A stretch of 64,000 nt of DNA from an uncultured candidatus Porisulfidus sp. (GCA_963668445.1 OY764335.1:532297-596296); one strand, 5' to 3'; numbered from the stretch's first letter, positions 1-11,086 are shown. Numbers and translations are program-made. The notes: generated by a model from the letters alone, not told the origin.

Positions 1-424
1 TGCACGCGCGCATCTGAAATATGTATGTTGTTCCGTTGGTGAGCCCGGTTACCCATTGATAGGATCTATAGTTGGGATAGTCTCTTCCGCTGCTCGGGAT
101 TGCTGTCCACCCGCCGAACGTCCCATTCTCCGTCTTGTACCTGTACTCCACACGCGAGATCGTTCCTAGGTTCTGGGTGAGAAGCTCTAGAACTAGAGCC
201 TTGTCTAGTTCATCAACAATATATGGCTGGTTCGGCGTGTTCGGCACTGCCGCCGATGCAGGAAGCAAGCAATCGGCAGCGGCGATCAGGATGAAGAAGG
301 CAGCGAGCCTACGGCCGGATCTGATGCAACTGAGATCGCGGATCCGGGCCCGCGGTCGGAGAATAGCCGCAGGCGATGCATTCCTACGGCGCAGGCTCGG
401 GGGGGGGGGGGGGGGGGGGGGCAT
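1..424 (-). CDS. Partial (N-terminal) secreted FN3-module surface protein, paralogous to the N-terminus of the giant adhesin. The ATG at 424-422 is followed directly by a C23 tract read in frame as poly-Pro, and the gene continues beyond the window start.
   Basis: Hand translation of the minus strand gives M-P7-PSLRRRNASPAAILRPRARIRDLSCIRSGRRLAAFFILIAAADCLLPASAAVP, a signal-peptide-like hydrophobic core. It continues ...RVEYRYKTENGTFGGWTAIPSSGRDYPNYRSYQWVTGLTNGTTYIFQMRA. This matches the FN3-like modules of the giant protein (YQYRQKEGSNNYGGWTDIGSS...GLTNGTQYTFKIRAVN). There is no stop codon before position 1. It is not in the ORF track because it has no stop in the window. Confidence 0.45.
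   Translation of the reverse strand, partial: MPPPPPPPPSLRRRNASPAAILRPRARIRDLSCIRSGRRLAAFFILIAAADCLLPASAAVPNTPNQPYIVDELDKALVLELLTQNLGTISRVEYRYKTENGTFGGWTAIPSSGRDYPNYRSYQWVTGLTNGTTYIFQMRAC
399..421. repeat. Homopolymeric G/C tract, 23 nt, lying in the first codons of the minus-strand surface protein gene. Putative slipped-strand phase-variation switch.
   Basis: 23 consecutive G on the plus strand, counted directly. The minus-strand ATG at 424-422 is immediately 5' of the C-run and is in frame with the downstream ORF at the current tract length. Confidence 0.8.
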
Positions 425-715
425 GCAAGTCCAATGTCAAGGGCAGGTTTAGGATAATGCAGGAACTTTAACACAATATTTGTTGAATGCCAAATTTGGC
501 GCGCAAGGCGGCGGCCCGCGCTCGCCGCAGGTGCGGGCTTGGCGGGCTCGGCTGGAAGACGAGCTTCGTTAGGCACCGGCGCTTGGAATCTTCCCGGCCC
601 CTTTCCGCCATGCGCTGAAGCCCATGGCGTGGCTCGATGCGCCCGTCCGGCGCGATTCCCAACGCTTCGTCGCTGTCCGGCTTCGGTCGCTCCGCTCCCT
701 GCGCCGAACAGCGAG

Positions 716-800
716 CCGCGACCCGGCGCCATCCGCCCACTCCTCGGTCCTGTTAAACTTGTTGCACTTGCAATTTGAATCCAGGTTTGGCTTGACAAAA
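716..800 (+). promoter_or_regulatory. Conserved non-coding element, copy 1 of 2. It contains the near-palindrome TTGCAcTTGCAA and sits upstream of the aprM promoter.
   Basis: About 70 of 75 nt are identical to the reverse complement of 50300-50385 (gccatccgcccactcctc.gtcctg.taaacttgttgc.cttgcaatttgaatcc.gg...tttgg.ttgacaa). It lies in the divergent intergenic region between the surface protein gene and aprM. Confidence 0.5.
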
Positions 801-814
801 AACCGCGCAGCAAC

Positions 815-842
815 TTGCGAAGACCATATTTTTTGGTATAAT
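815..842 (+). promoter_or_regulatory. Candidate sigma70 promoter for aprM-aprB-aprA: -35 TTGCGA (815-820), 16-nt spacer, -10 TATAAT (837-842).
   Basis: Hexamers with canonical spacing read directly from the sequence, 50 nt upstream of the proposed aprM ATG at 892. An alternative -35 TTGACA lies at 792-797. Confidence 0.35.
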
Positions 843-891
843 GGGCGAATCTGAGCACCCACAAACAGGAAGACCCCGGGTTCCAAAAGAC

Positions 892-1671
892 ATGTTTGCC
901 AGCAATCCCTTTGCTGAGCTGTCGGCGTACATTTCCAGCGCCGTGGCACAGGCTTTCGTCGCAGTGATGTTCGTGCTGGTCGTGGCGGGCACGCTGTTTG
1001 ATGTCATCCATAAGAAGAGCGCCAAATACTTTTTTGAAGACTGGCAGAAAGCCAAGAGCAAAGGAGCCAGGCAAGTCGGAGGCGGGGAAGTCGTATCCAT
1101 GGCCGCACGTACCTTGGCGAGCGAAGTGCTGACATCATCGGAATTTTGCTCCGCTCGGCGCAGGATCGCCCATTTGCTGACAATGTACGGCTTTGTCGCC
1201 TATATCGTGGCAACCGCCGTCATGGTATTCGGATACCCGACTTCGGCCAGTCCGACACCTGTCGTCTGGCCGATGGTGTGGCACATTGGAGCGCTGATGG
1301 TTTGCGTTGGCGGGTACTGGTTCTGGTTTTTCATTCGCGTCGATGTCACGGCCGAGGGCCATTCGCCGTTCCGCATCGTGCGCGCCGACCTGTTCGTCCT
1401 CTCGCTGGTGGCGAGCACGACCTTGGCCTTGGCCTGGTCATGGCTGCAGCCATCGATGCTTGGGTGGCTGTTTTTTGGGCTGTACGTGCTGGCTAGCGCC
1501 ATCCTGTTCGGATCCGTACCTTGGTCCAAGTTTGCGCATATGTTTTTCAAGCCTTCTGCCGCCTTGCAGAAAAGGGTGGCGGAAGCGGCCGGCACGAGAA
1601 GCAATTTGCCGGCGCCGGTGGACAAGCCCGAAACATTCGGTTCGGCGCGCCGGCTGCCGATGGATTATTGA
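892..1671 (+). CDS. aprM: Adenylylsulfate reductase membrane anchor AprM.
   Basis: Polytopic membrane protein (MFASNPFAELSAYISSAVAQAFVAVMFVLVVAG...) immediately upstream of aprB and aprA. The start was moved to the internal ATG at 892 because the ORF-track start at 841 overlaps the -10 hexamer. Confidence 0.75.
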   Translation: MFASNPFAELSAYISSAVAQAFVAVMFVLVVAGTLFDVIHKKSAKYFFEDWQKAKSKGARQVGGGEVVSMAARTLASEVLTSSEFCSARRRIAHLLTMYGFVAYIVATAVMVFGYPTSASPTPVVWPMVWHIGALMVCVGGYWFWFFIRVDVTAEGHSPFRIVRADLFVLSLVASTTLALAWSWLQPSMLGWLFFGLYVLASAILFGSVPWSKFAHMFFKPSAALQKRVAEAAGTRSNLPAPVDKPETFGSARRLPMDY

Positions 1672-1707
1672 CCCACCCAGCTTGGTAGCAGGAGGAAACA
1701 CAATACC

Positions 1708-2142
1708 ATGCCAACTTTCGTATACATGACACGCTGCGACGGCTGCGGCCACTGCGTCGATATCTGCCCTTCGGACATCATGCACATCGATAAGACCTAT
1801 CGGCGCGCCTACAACATTGAGCCCAACATGTGCTGGGAGTGCTACTCCTGCGTGAAGGCTTGCCCGCAAAATGCGATTGATGCGCGCGGCTATGCCGATT
1901 TTGCGCCTCTCGGCCACAGCGTCAGAGCGCTTCGTGAAGAAGAAAAGGGCACGATTTCCTGGAAAATCCTGTTCCGCGACGGCCGGGAGAAGAATTTCGT
2001 TTCGCCGATCCGGACCACCAAATGGGGCACGATTCCGTCCCCGGCCGAGTTGGAGGCACCCGGTGCGGAAGCGATGCAATCTCAAGAACTCGCGCACGAA
2101 CCGGATGCGCTCAACATCGACGGCGGACTACCCACGCTGTAG
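1708..2142 (+). CDS. aprB: Adenylylsulfate (APS) reductase beta subunit, an iron-sulfur protein.
   Basis: MPTFVYMTRCDGCGHCVDICPSDIMHID...CWECYSCVKACPQNAI carries two 4Fe-4S ferredoxin motifs, the AprB hallmark. An AGGAGG RBS lies at 1690-1695. Confidence 0.9.
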   Translation: MPTFVYMTRCDGCGHCVDICPSDIMHIDKTYRRAYNIEPNMCWECYSCVKACPQNAIDARGYADFAPLGHSVRALREEEKGTISWKILFRDGREKNFVSPIRTTKWGTIPSPAELEAPGAEAMQSQELAHEPDALNIDGGLPTL

Positions 2143-2171
2143 ATGGCCCACTAAAGCAAAAGCAGGAGCAC

Positions 2172-4019
2172 ATGATGGGATGGCTTAACCGAAGGAAAAC
2201 GATCCTTGTGGATTCCGATGTCCTCGTCGTCGGCGGCGGCATGGCCGGCTGCGGGGCCACGTACGAATCCAAATACTGGGGACGCGACCTGAAGGTGGTC
2301 TGCGTCGAAAAGGCGAATATCGAGCGCAGCGGCGCAGTCGCCCAAGGCCTGTACGCAATCAACTGCTACATGGGCATGCAGTGGGGCGAGAACCAGCCAG
2401 AGGATCATGTCCGCTATGCGCGCAGCGACCTCATGGGGCTTGTGCGGGAAGATTTGGGCTACGACATCGCCCGGCACGTCGATGCCACGGTGCATAAGTT
2501 TGAAGAATGGGGCCTCCCCATCATGCGGGATCCGGAAACGGGGCGCTACCAGCGCGAGGGCAAATGGCAGATCATGATCCATGGCGAAAGCTACAAGCCG
2601 ATTGTTGCTGAGGCTGCCCGCAAGGCTGCCGACGAGATATACAACCGCATCATGGTGACGCACCTGCTGATGGACGAGCTGAAACCGAACCGCGTGGCCG
2701 GTGCCGTCGGCTTCAATGTCCGCACGGGCGATTTCTATGTGTTCCGGTCCAAGGCCGTAATCGTTTGTGCCGGCGGTGCCTCGCACATATACAAGCCCCG
2801 CTCTGTGGGCGAAGGCATGGGGCGCACGTGGTATGCCCCGTGGAGCAGCGCATCGGCCTATGCGCTCCCGATTCTCGCCGGTGCCAAGATGACGCAAATG
2901 GAGAATCGGATCGTCCTTGCCCGGTTCAAGGACGGCTACGGCCCTGTCGGTGCCTACTTCCTGCACCTCAAGACTTATACGCAGAACGGCTACGGCGAGG
3001 AATACGAATCCAAATGGTATGAGCAGACGAAGGCGCTCGTCGGCGATTACATCGACAAGCATCCGACTCCGACCTGTCTGCGCAACCATGCTTTCCTTGA
3101 AGAAGTGAAAGCGGGCAGAGGCCCCATCCGCATGGTGACCAAAGAGGCTTTCCAGGATCCGCATAAGGAGACCGTGGGATGGGAGAACTTTCTCGGCATG
3201 ACCATCGGCCAAGCGGTCGTTTGGGCGTCGCAGAACATCGACCCCAAGCATACCAACCCGGAACTGACGACTTCCGAGCCCTACGTCATGGGCTCTCATG
3301 CCACCTGCTCGGGAGCTTGGGCAAGCGGCCCTTCGGATTGCGCGCCTTCGGATTATCAGTGGGGCTACAACCGCATGATGACCGTGGAAGGACTATTCGG
3401 CGCAGGGGACACGATCGGCGGCACCGCGCACAAGTTTTCGTCGGGCTCCTACACGGAAGGCCGAATCGCGGCCAAGGCAGCGGTCAATTACGTGAACGAC
3501 ATGAAAAACGAAAAGATTCGAGTCGGCGAAAAACAGTATCAGGATCTAAAGAAGGCCATCTACAAGCCCTTGGAAAATTACGAAGTCGGTCGTAACGAGA
3601 TCGTGGCGGGGACCGTCTCGCCAAGCTACATCTTGCCGATCCACGGCCTGCAACGCCTGGAAAAGATCATGGACGAATATGTCGGTGGCATTAGCACGAA
3701 CTATGTGACCAATGAGCCCTTGCTGACTCGCGGCTTGGAGCTGCTGGACATGCTGAAGGAGGACCTCGACAATATCGGGGCCGAAGACCTTCATCAACTG
3801 CAAAGGGCATGGGAGCTTCAACACCGGTTTCTGGCTTCGCAGTCGGTGGCCCACCATACGCTGTTCCGCAAGGAGACGCGTTGGCCGGGGTACTACTACC
3901 GGGGCGATTTCCCGAAACTCAACGACGAGGACTGGCACTGCTTCACTCTGTCCCGCTATGATCGGAGTTCCGACAGCTGGGAGGTGGAGAAGGCTCCCGT
4001 CCACCACATAATCGACTAA
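2172..4019 (+). CDS. aprA: Adenylylsulfate (APS) reductase alpha subunit, a flavoprotein.
   Basis: MMGWLNRRKTILVDSDVLVVGGGMAGCGATYE has an FAD-binding GxGxxG motif. The protein is about 615 aa with a fumarate-reductase/AprA-like fold and ends ...RWPGYYYRGDFPKLNDEDWHCF. RBS AGGAG lies at 2164-2168. The ORF-track start at 2022 is an upstream extension. Confidence 0.9.
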   Translation: MMGWLNRRKTILVDSDVLVVGGGMAGCGATYESKYWGRDLKVVCVEKANIERSGAVAQGLYAINCYMGMQWGENQPEDHVRYARSDLMGLVREDLGYDIARHVDATVHKFEEWGLPIMRDPETGRYQREGKWQIMIHGESYKPIVAEAARKAADEIYNRIMVTHLLMDELKPNRVAGAVGFNVRTGDFYVFRSKAVIVCAGGASHIYKPRSVGEGMGRTWYAPWSSASAYALPILAGAKMTQMENRIVLARFKDGYGPVGAYFLHLKTYTQNGYGEEYESKWYEQTKALVGDYIDKHPTPTCLRNHAFLEEVKAGRGPIRMVTKEAFQDPHKETVGWENFLGMTIGQAVVWASQNIDPKHTNPELTTSEPYVMGSHATCSGAWASGPSDCAPSDYQWGYNRMMTVEGLFGAGDTIGGTAHKFSSGSYTEGRIAAKAAVNYVNDMKNEKIRVGEKQYQDLKKAIYKPLENYEVGRNEIVAGTVSPSYILPIHGLQRLEKIMDEYVGGISTNYVTNEPLLTRGLELLDMLKEDLDNIGAEDLHQLQRAWELQHRFLASQSVAHHTLFRKETRWPGYYYRGDFPKLNDEDWHCFTLSRYDRSSDSWEVEKAPVHHIID

Positions 4020-4245
4020 GCGGCGCGGCGCTTGTGCCCTAATTGATCGCTCGGCGGGTGCCCGCCTGTCCCAAGCTTTTGCGAACCGGAGACGTTCATC
4101 AAAGCGTTGTGGCCGGTTCGGCCGCCTTGCGCCGGCAGCGTTTTCCGTCCGCTCCGGGAAGCCTTCCGAAGTTCCGAGAGGAATTGCATGCGCTTGTTGC
4201 CCCGCTGAATGGCGCGGCTTCGAAACCCGATGGAAATTCCGGTGA

Positions 4246-6591
<2,346 letters not shown>

Positions 6592-6603
6592 ATTAGACGC
6601 ATA

Positions 6604-6645
6604 GGGGGCGCTTCGCTCCATCGTGAAGCGCTCCCTTTCTCTTTG
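6604..6645 (+). terminator. Rho-independent terminator downstream of katG.
   Basis: Hairpin GCGCTTC...GAAGCGC (6608-6614 and 6625-6631) followed by the T-rich run TCCCTTTCTCTTT. Confidence 0.45.
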
Positions 6646-6782
6646 GGAACATCCGGAGCGTTCGTCTCCAAACACAGAAGCCCGCCTCTCGAAACGGCCA
6701 GAAACATGTTGTTCGCCAATCTAAAGACACTCGCTGGCGATTGCGGTGCAGCAGCCTGAATCGGGCTGTTCGCGGCAGCGCA

Positions 6783-7997
6783 TCAGAATGATGGGGAATC
6801 CGCTTCTGCGGATTTTCGTATGTGGTTCCCTTTTCCATCAGGGGCGCGGGTCATCGTCTCTAGCCCCTCGCGGTAATAGTCTTGCGCCGCTTCACGTAGG
6901 CCTAATTGCTCCAGTGCTTCCGCCAGTTCCCGACATAGCGCGGCGTTCGAGCCTTGCTGCACGGCGCGTTCCAAGTAGCGGCGCGCCGGCTCCCATTCTC
7001 CGAGCCGGGCATGCAGCCGGGCCAGAGTACGCAGTGCCATCGACCGCTCCGGTTCGCGCTTAAGCCACGATTCCGCATGCCGGATCATGTCGTGCGTGAC
7101 TGGATCCGGGAGGTTGGCGTACAACTCCATGCCCGCTTCGCTGGCAGCCATGCTGCGCACATGCTGCTCCAGTTCCGGCAGGTTCGTTCCGCAACACTGC
7201 AGAGCGGCTGCATACATGCGCAATACTTCCGGATCATCGCGGGCATGGGCCAGCTTGGGCCACAGGGATTTCAGCCCGGGTCCGTCGGCCTTGGCGCATA
7301 GGCGGCCCGTCGCCTCCTGCTGCCATTCGCGAACTTCGTTTTGGAGCAGATGCGTGCGAGCGGTAGGGGATTGCGCAAGTTCCAGCAGGCTCGTCCAATT
7401 GCTCAGTTCCCGGTAGCAGCGGGCCAGATGGCGCAGGGTGCGCGGATGCTGCTGGTCGCATCCGTCGGGTGCTTGCAGTACGGCCAGTGCTTCTTCCCAC
7501 TCATGCGCCGCAACAAGGCCATCGGCGCGCAACATGGCGCAAATCTGTTGATAGGCAGGGTCGTCGATGGCCCGCAAATGTTGTTCCCAAGCCGGCCGAT
7601 CGTTCGTTTGCGTGGCCGCCGCCGCCGCGAGCAGGCGCAGCAAGGGATGCTTGGGGCTGATCTTGGCTGCTTGCGCCATATCGCGCTGCGCCTGGTCCGG
7701 AGCGTCTTCCAGCATGGCGCGCAAGCCGCGGGCCAGCAACGCGTCGGTATGGCGGCGGCGGCGGTTGCGATTGCGGGAGCGGATGCGTTGCGGCGCTGCC
7801 ATCAGCCGCGACAGCGTCCAGACCAGCGCGAAGAACCCGAACATCGCCCCGATGCCGAGAAGCAGCGCCATCAGCAGCGACATGTTCGCCGTGTAGTCGG
7901 CCAGATGCACGATGATTCGTCCGCCCTGCATTTGGGTGGCCAAGACGGCCAGTACGGCGGCCAGCACCGCGACGAGCGTCAGCACCAAGAGTCTCAT
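6783..7997 (-). CDS. hemY: HemY-like membrane protein with a TPR-like domain.
   Basis: N-terminal transmembrane segments (MRLLVLTLVAVLAAVLAVLA...), an Arg-rich linker and a C-terminal TPR-like region. It is the last gene of the hemC-D-X-Y cluster. Confidence 0.7.
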   Translation of the reverse strand: MRLLVLTLVAVLAAVLAVLATQMQGGRIIVHLADYTANMSLLMALLLGIGAMFGFFALVWTLSRLMAAPQRIRSRNRNRRRRHTDALLARGLRAMLEDAPDQAQRDMAQAAKISPKHPLLRLLAAAAATQTNDRPAWEQHLRAIDDPAYQQICAMLRADGLVAAHEWEEALAVLQAPDGCDQQHPRTLRHLARCYRELSNWTSLLELAQSPTARTHLLQNEVREWQQEATGRLCAKADGPGLKSLWPKLAHARDDPEVLRMYAAALQCCGTNLPELEQHVRSMAASEAGMELYANLPDPVTHDMIRHAESWLKREPERSMALRTLARLHARLGEWEPARRYLERAVQQGSNAALCRELAEALEQLGLREAAQDYYREGLETMTRAPDGKGNHIRKSAEADSPSF

Positions 7998-8971
7998 CGG
8001 GTTTGGGACAGGGTATGGCGCAACAGCGGAAAATCAATGTCGGGCGGAAACGGATGCTCCCCGCGCAAGGTTTCAAGATCCTGCTTCAGTGCCGGGTACG
8101 CGTCGTCCAGCGCCGGATCGGCCAGCAGCACCAACGCATGTTCGATGGAATGCGCATAATCCTCAGAGCGGTGCGATTGCAAGGACAGACGCGCCAAGTA
8201 CAGTTCGGTTTGCACGGCATACAAAATGAGCACATGCTGGTAGGCCGAGATGGTTTGCACGGCCTGCGGGGCACCTTGGCGTACGGTGAGATGCTCTCCG
8301 AAATTGACGGTCAGATCGTCCCAAAACGCTTCCCAGCTGTCAGACGGCGGCGTGTGGTTTTGGTGCGCGACGGCGGTTTGGAGTTCGCCGATCTTGTCGC
8401 TCAGCACCAGCCAGCTGGCCGTCAAGATGCGATGGGCGCGGTCGGCTTTCTGGCCGGTGTAGCCTTCCAGCGTTGCCAGCGCTTCATCCAGCTGCTGGAT
8501 CAAGGTGTGGTAGCGGACCTGATCCATGGTCTTGAGAATGCGCCGGGCTTGGCGCATGGCGCTGAGCGTGCCCAAAGGGTCTTGCAGATAGTTTTGCTTG
8601 TACTGCGCGATCTGCAGCAGGAAGGAGATTTCCTCGATCGGGTACTGGCGCGGATCGGGCGCGATCGTGATGGGCGCAAGTTTCTCCTGCAGTAGCGTGT
8701 CGTAGGCCGTATAGCGGATGCGCAATTCTTCAAGGAACTGATCGACCAGGTCCTGCGTGTGTTGCTGTTCGCCCGACAGCGTTGCAAGCCGCTGCTCAAT
8801 GTTGCCCAGTGCCTGATGCGCAGTCTTGTGTGTATCGATCTGGCGGTCGCGGAGTTCTTGGAAGCGGCTTTGGGATTTGGACCAGTGGACGTACAGGGCG
8901 CCGCCGACCAGCAGCATGCCGAGCCAGCCGACCGCCGTCAGCGCGAGGAGCAGGCGCGTACCGCGGCTCAT
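7994..8971 (-). CDS. hemX: HemX-like membrane protein.
   Basis: N-terminal TM anchor (MSRGTRLLLALTAVGWLGMLLVGG) and a coiled-coil periplasmic domain. It sits between hemD and hemY with 4-nt overlaps at both ends. Confidence 0.65.
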   Translation of the reverse strand: MSRGTRLLLALTAVGWLGMLLVGGALYVHWSKSQSRFQELRDRQIDTHKTAHQALGNIEQRLATLSGEQQHTQDLVDQFLEELRIRYTAYDTLLQEKLAPITIAPDPRQYPIEEISFLLQIAQYKQNYLQDPLGTLSAMRQARRILKTMDQVRYHTLIQQLDEALATLEGYTGQKADRAHRILTASWLVLSDKIGELQTAVAHQNHTPPSDSWEAFWDDLTVNFGEHLTVRQGAPQAVQTISAYQHVLILYAVQTELYLARLSLQSHRSEDYAHSIEHALVLLADPALDDAYPALKQDLETLRGEHPFPPDIDFPLLRHTLSQTR

Positions 8972-9738
8972 GCGGGTTCCGGTGCGGTCGTGAAGTTGCG
9001 GAGGATGGCGTCTATCATGGCATCGTCGCCTGGATTGCTTGCGATGCCGCCAATTATGGCGTAGCCGCGGCCGCGGCAGGCTTCAGCAATACGTTCGTTG
9101 CCCGCCAGCAGCGGGCAGTTGAGGAGTGTCGTGCGTTCTTGCGGCGCGATGCACTGCAACAGGTTGATGGCAATTTCCGCGCTGGTGACGCAGATTAGTT
9201 CCGGCAGGCCGTGGGGCAGATTCTTGAGGGACAGCATGGCGGCAGGTGGTTCGCGGCGGTAGACCTCCAGATAGTGTACTGCCGCGCCGCGCCGATGCAA
9301 CTCCGCAGCCAGCAATTCCCGGCCGCCTTGGCCGCGGACAATGACTACGCGACGGTCGGGCAGTGCCTGGAATTCGTCCAATGCCAGCAGTGCTTCGCTG
9401 TTGTAGGGCGGTGATGCTTTGAGGTCGACCTCTAGGCCATGTTCCTGAAGCGCTCGGGCGGTCGCGTGGCCGATGGCGGCAATGCGCGGTACTGCAGGCG
9501 GATGGAGGATCGGCCAGTGCGGCGCCAGCCCGCGTGCCGCATTGGCACTAATGAAGATCGCCAAGTCGGCCTCTCGAAGACGCTGGAGAGCAGCCGCATC
9601 CGGTTCTTGCAGCACGATTCGAAGTGCCGGGAAGACGTCTGCGATAGCTCCGTGCTCCTGCAGACGCCGACGCATAGCTTGAGCTTGTCCGGCAGGGCGG
9701 GTCAGCAGAATGCGGCGACCAGTCAGTGCGGCATTCAT
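8968..9738 (-). CDS. hemD: Uroporphyrinogen-III synthase.
   Basis: MNAALTGRRILLTRPAGQAQAMRRRLQEHGAIADVFPALRI... is a HemD-type fold. The gene is translationally coupled to hemC upstream. Confidence 0.8.
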   Translation of the reverse strand: MNAALTGRRILLTRPAGQAQAMRRRLQEHGAIADVFPALRIVLQEPDAAALQRLREADLAIFISANAARGLAPHWPILHPPAVPRIAAIGHATARALQEHGLEVDLKASPPYNSEALLALDEFQALPDRRVVIVRGQGGRELLAAELHRRGAAVHYLEVYRREPPAAMLSLKNLPHGLPELICVTSAEIAINLLQCIAPQERTTLLNCPLLAGNERIAEACRGRGYAIIGGIASNPGDDAMIDAILRNFTTAPEPA

Positions 9739-10664
9739 GCGAAGCCTGCAACGCCGAGTTCCTTGAGAATGGTGCCGCCGCCTTGGGCCAGCAGGCTCGC
9801 GGCGGCCTCAGCGCCCGCTGCTTCCGGGTCGCCCTGTGCTTCCGCATGCAGCAGCAGCCGGCCGTCGGGGCGGGCTAGACAGGCGCGAAGCCGCACCTCG
9901 CCCGGATGGTCGCAGGTGGCATGGGCGGCAAGCGGAATCTGACAGCTAGCGGACAGGGCGCGGCTGACAGCACGCTCCGCCATGACGGCGGTTGCCGTAC
10001 GGGGCTCATGCAGTGCTTGAAGCCAATCGCGCACTCGCGGATGGGCGGCGGCAATCTCGATGCCCAAGGCGCCTTGGCCGATGGCGGGCAGGCAGTCTTC
10101 AGGTTCCAGCAGTTGCGTGATGCGCCGCTCCAGACCAAGCCGCTGGAGGCCGGCATAGGCCAAGATGATGGCCTCGAAGTCGCCAGCGTCCAGACGTTGC
10201 AGGCGCGTTCCGACATTGCCGCGCAAGTCTTCGAACCGCAAGCGGGGAAAGCGCGCCTGCAACTGCGCACGCCGGCGCAGGCTGGACGTGCCGATGCGGC
10301 TGTTGGGAGCGAGCGTCTCGAGCGTTTGCCGTCGCTGGGCGATGACGGCATCGCATGGATTGGCACGGGCGCAAATGGCGGCGATTTCGAGCCCTTCGGG
10401 GAGTTCCGCCGGAAGATCCTTCATGGAATGCACTGCCAGATCGGTGTCGCCGTACAACAGGCTTCTCTCCAACTCCTTGATAAATAATCCTTTTCCTCCA
10501 ATAGCGGCCAGCGGATGCTCCAGCATCCGGTCGCCTTGCGTCTGCAGGCGCACTAATTCCGGACGCAGTCCGTGGTGCCGGGCCAGTTCGCCGGCGACCC
10601 ATTCGGCCTGCCGGACGGCCAGAGGACTGCGGCGGGTTGCGATGCGGCATCGGGCGGCATTCAT
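9735..10664 (-). CDS. hemC: Porphobilinogen deaminase (hydroxymethylbilane synthase).
   Basis: RIATRRSPLAVRQAEWVAGELARHHG...GKGLFIKELE is the canonical HemC N-terminus. Confidence 0.9.
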   Translation of the reverse strand: MNAARCRIATRRSPLAVRQAEWVAGELARHHGLRPELVRLQTQGDRMLEHPLAAIGGKGLFIKELERSLLYGDTDLAVHSMKDLPAELPEGLEIAAICARANPCDAVIAQRRQTLETLAPNSRIGTSSLRRRAQLQARFPRLRFEDLRGNVGTRLQRLDAGDFEAIILAYAGLQRLGLERRITQLLEPEDCLPAIGQGALGIEIAAAHPRVRDWLQALHEPRTATAVMAERAVSRALSASCQIPLAAHATCDHPGEVRLRACLARPDGRLLLHAEAQGDPEAAGAEAAASLLAQGGGTILKELGVAGFA

Positions 10665-11086
10665 GGCTTTGCGGCATCGAATTGGATGGGGTGCTCGTCA
10701 GGCGCGTAGCTGCGGTCATTGACGAAGGCAATGTCCCAGCCGCCGGAGCGACGGCTCCGGTACTGGATTTGCTTGAGGTCGGGCAGGGATGCGCAAATCA
10801 TGGCCAATACTAGGCCCGCTTGGGAGTCGTCGCCTTGGTGTAAGGCCTCCGGGAGCATGCTGGCAGCGAATTGCGCGCACTGGAGCGCATCCGGCCGGTC
10901 GTACCGCACGCCTGCCGCGCTGAAACCTAGGCGCAACTTGTCTTCCAATTGCGCGATGGCGGTGCGCTGGGCATCGTTGAGGCGGATGGTTCGGTCCAGA
11001 TGCATTTCCAAAGTGCCGTCGATAAGTACGACGACCTTGTTTCGGTAGTTTGCGGGTGCAGATTCGGGGTTCATAGGGAGCGGCAT
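10661..11086 (-). CDS. Hypothetical protein, translationally coupled upstream of hemC.
   Basis: The ORF stop overlaps the hemC start (ATGA). No recognisable motif. The start was chosen at MPLPMNPES (11086) so that it does not overlap the divergent argH start. Confidence 0.35.
   Translation of the reverse strand: MPLPMNPESAPANYRNKVVVLIDGTLEMHLDRTIRLNDAQRTAIAQLEDKLRLGFSAAGVRYDRPDALQCAQFAASMLPEALHQGDDSQAGLVLAMICASLPDLKQIQYRSRRSGGWDIAFVNDRSYAPDEHPIQFDAAKP

Noticed and set aside
716-800. Sigma54 (-24/-12) promoter within the conserved element.
   Set aside because: No GG-N10-GC arrangement fits. The TTGCA motifs form a palindrome rather than a -12 element.
286-1100. Several overlapping 90-260 aa ORFs on both strands, plus the plus-strand ORF at 135-452 that reads through the G tract as poly-Gly.
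   Set aside because: They are GC-frame artefacts with low-complexity Arg/Ala/Pro content. The real coding features here are the minus-strand FN3 gene (up to 424) and aprM (from 892).
6795-6826. Second palindromic hairpin (AATCCGCTTCTGCGGATT) as a terminator.
   Set aside because: It lies inside the 3' end of hemY (which ends at 6783) rather than downstream of a gene. A T-tract is present only on the plus strand, where no gene ends.
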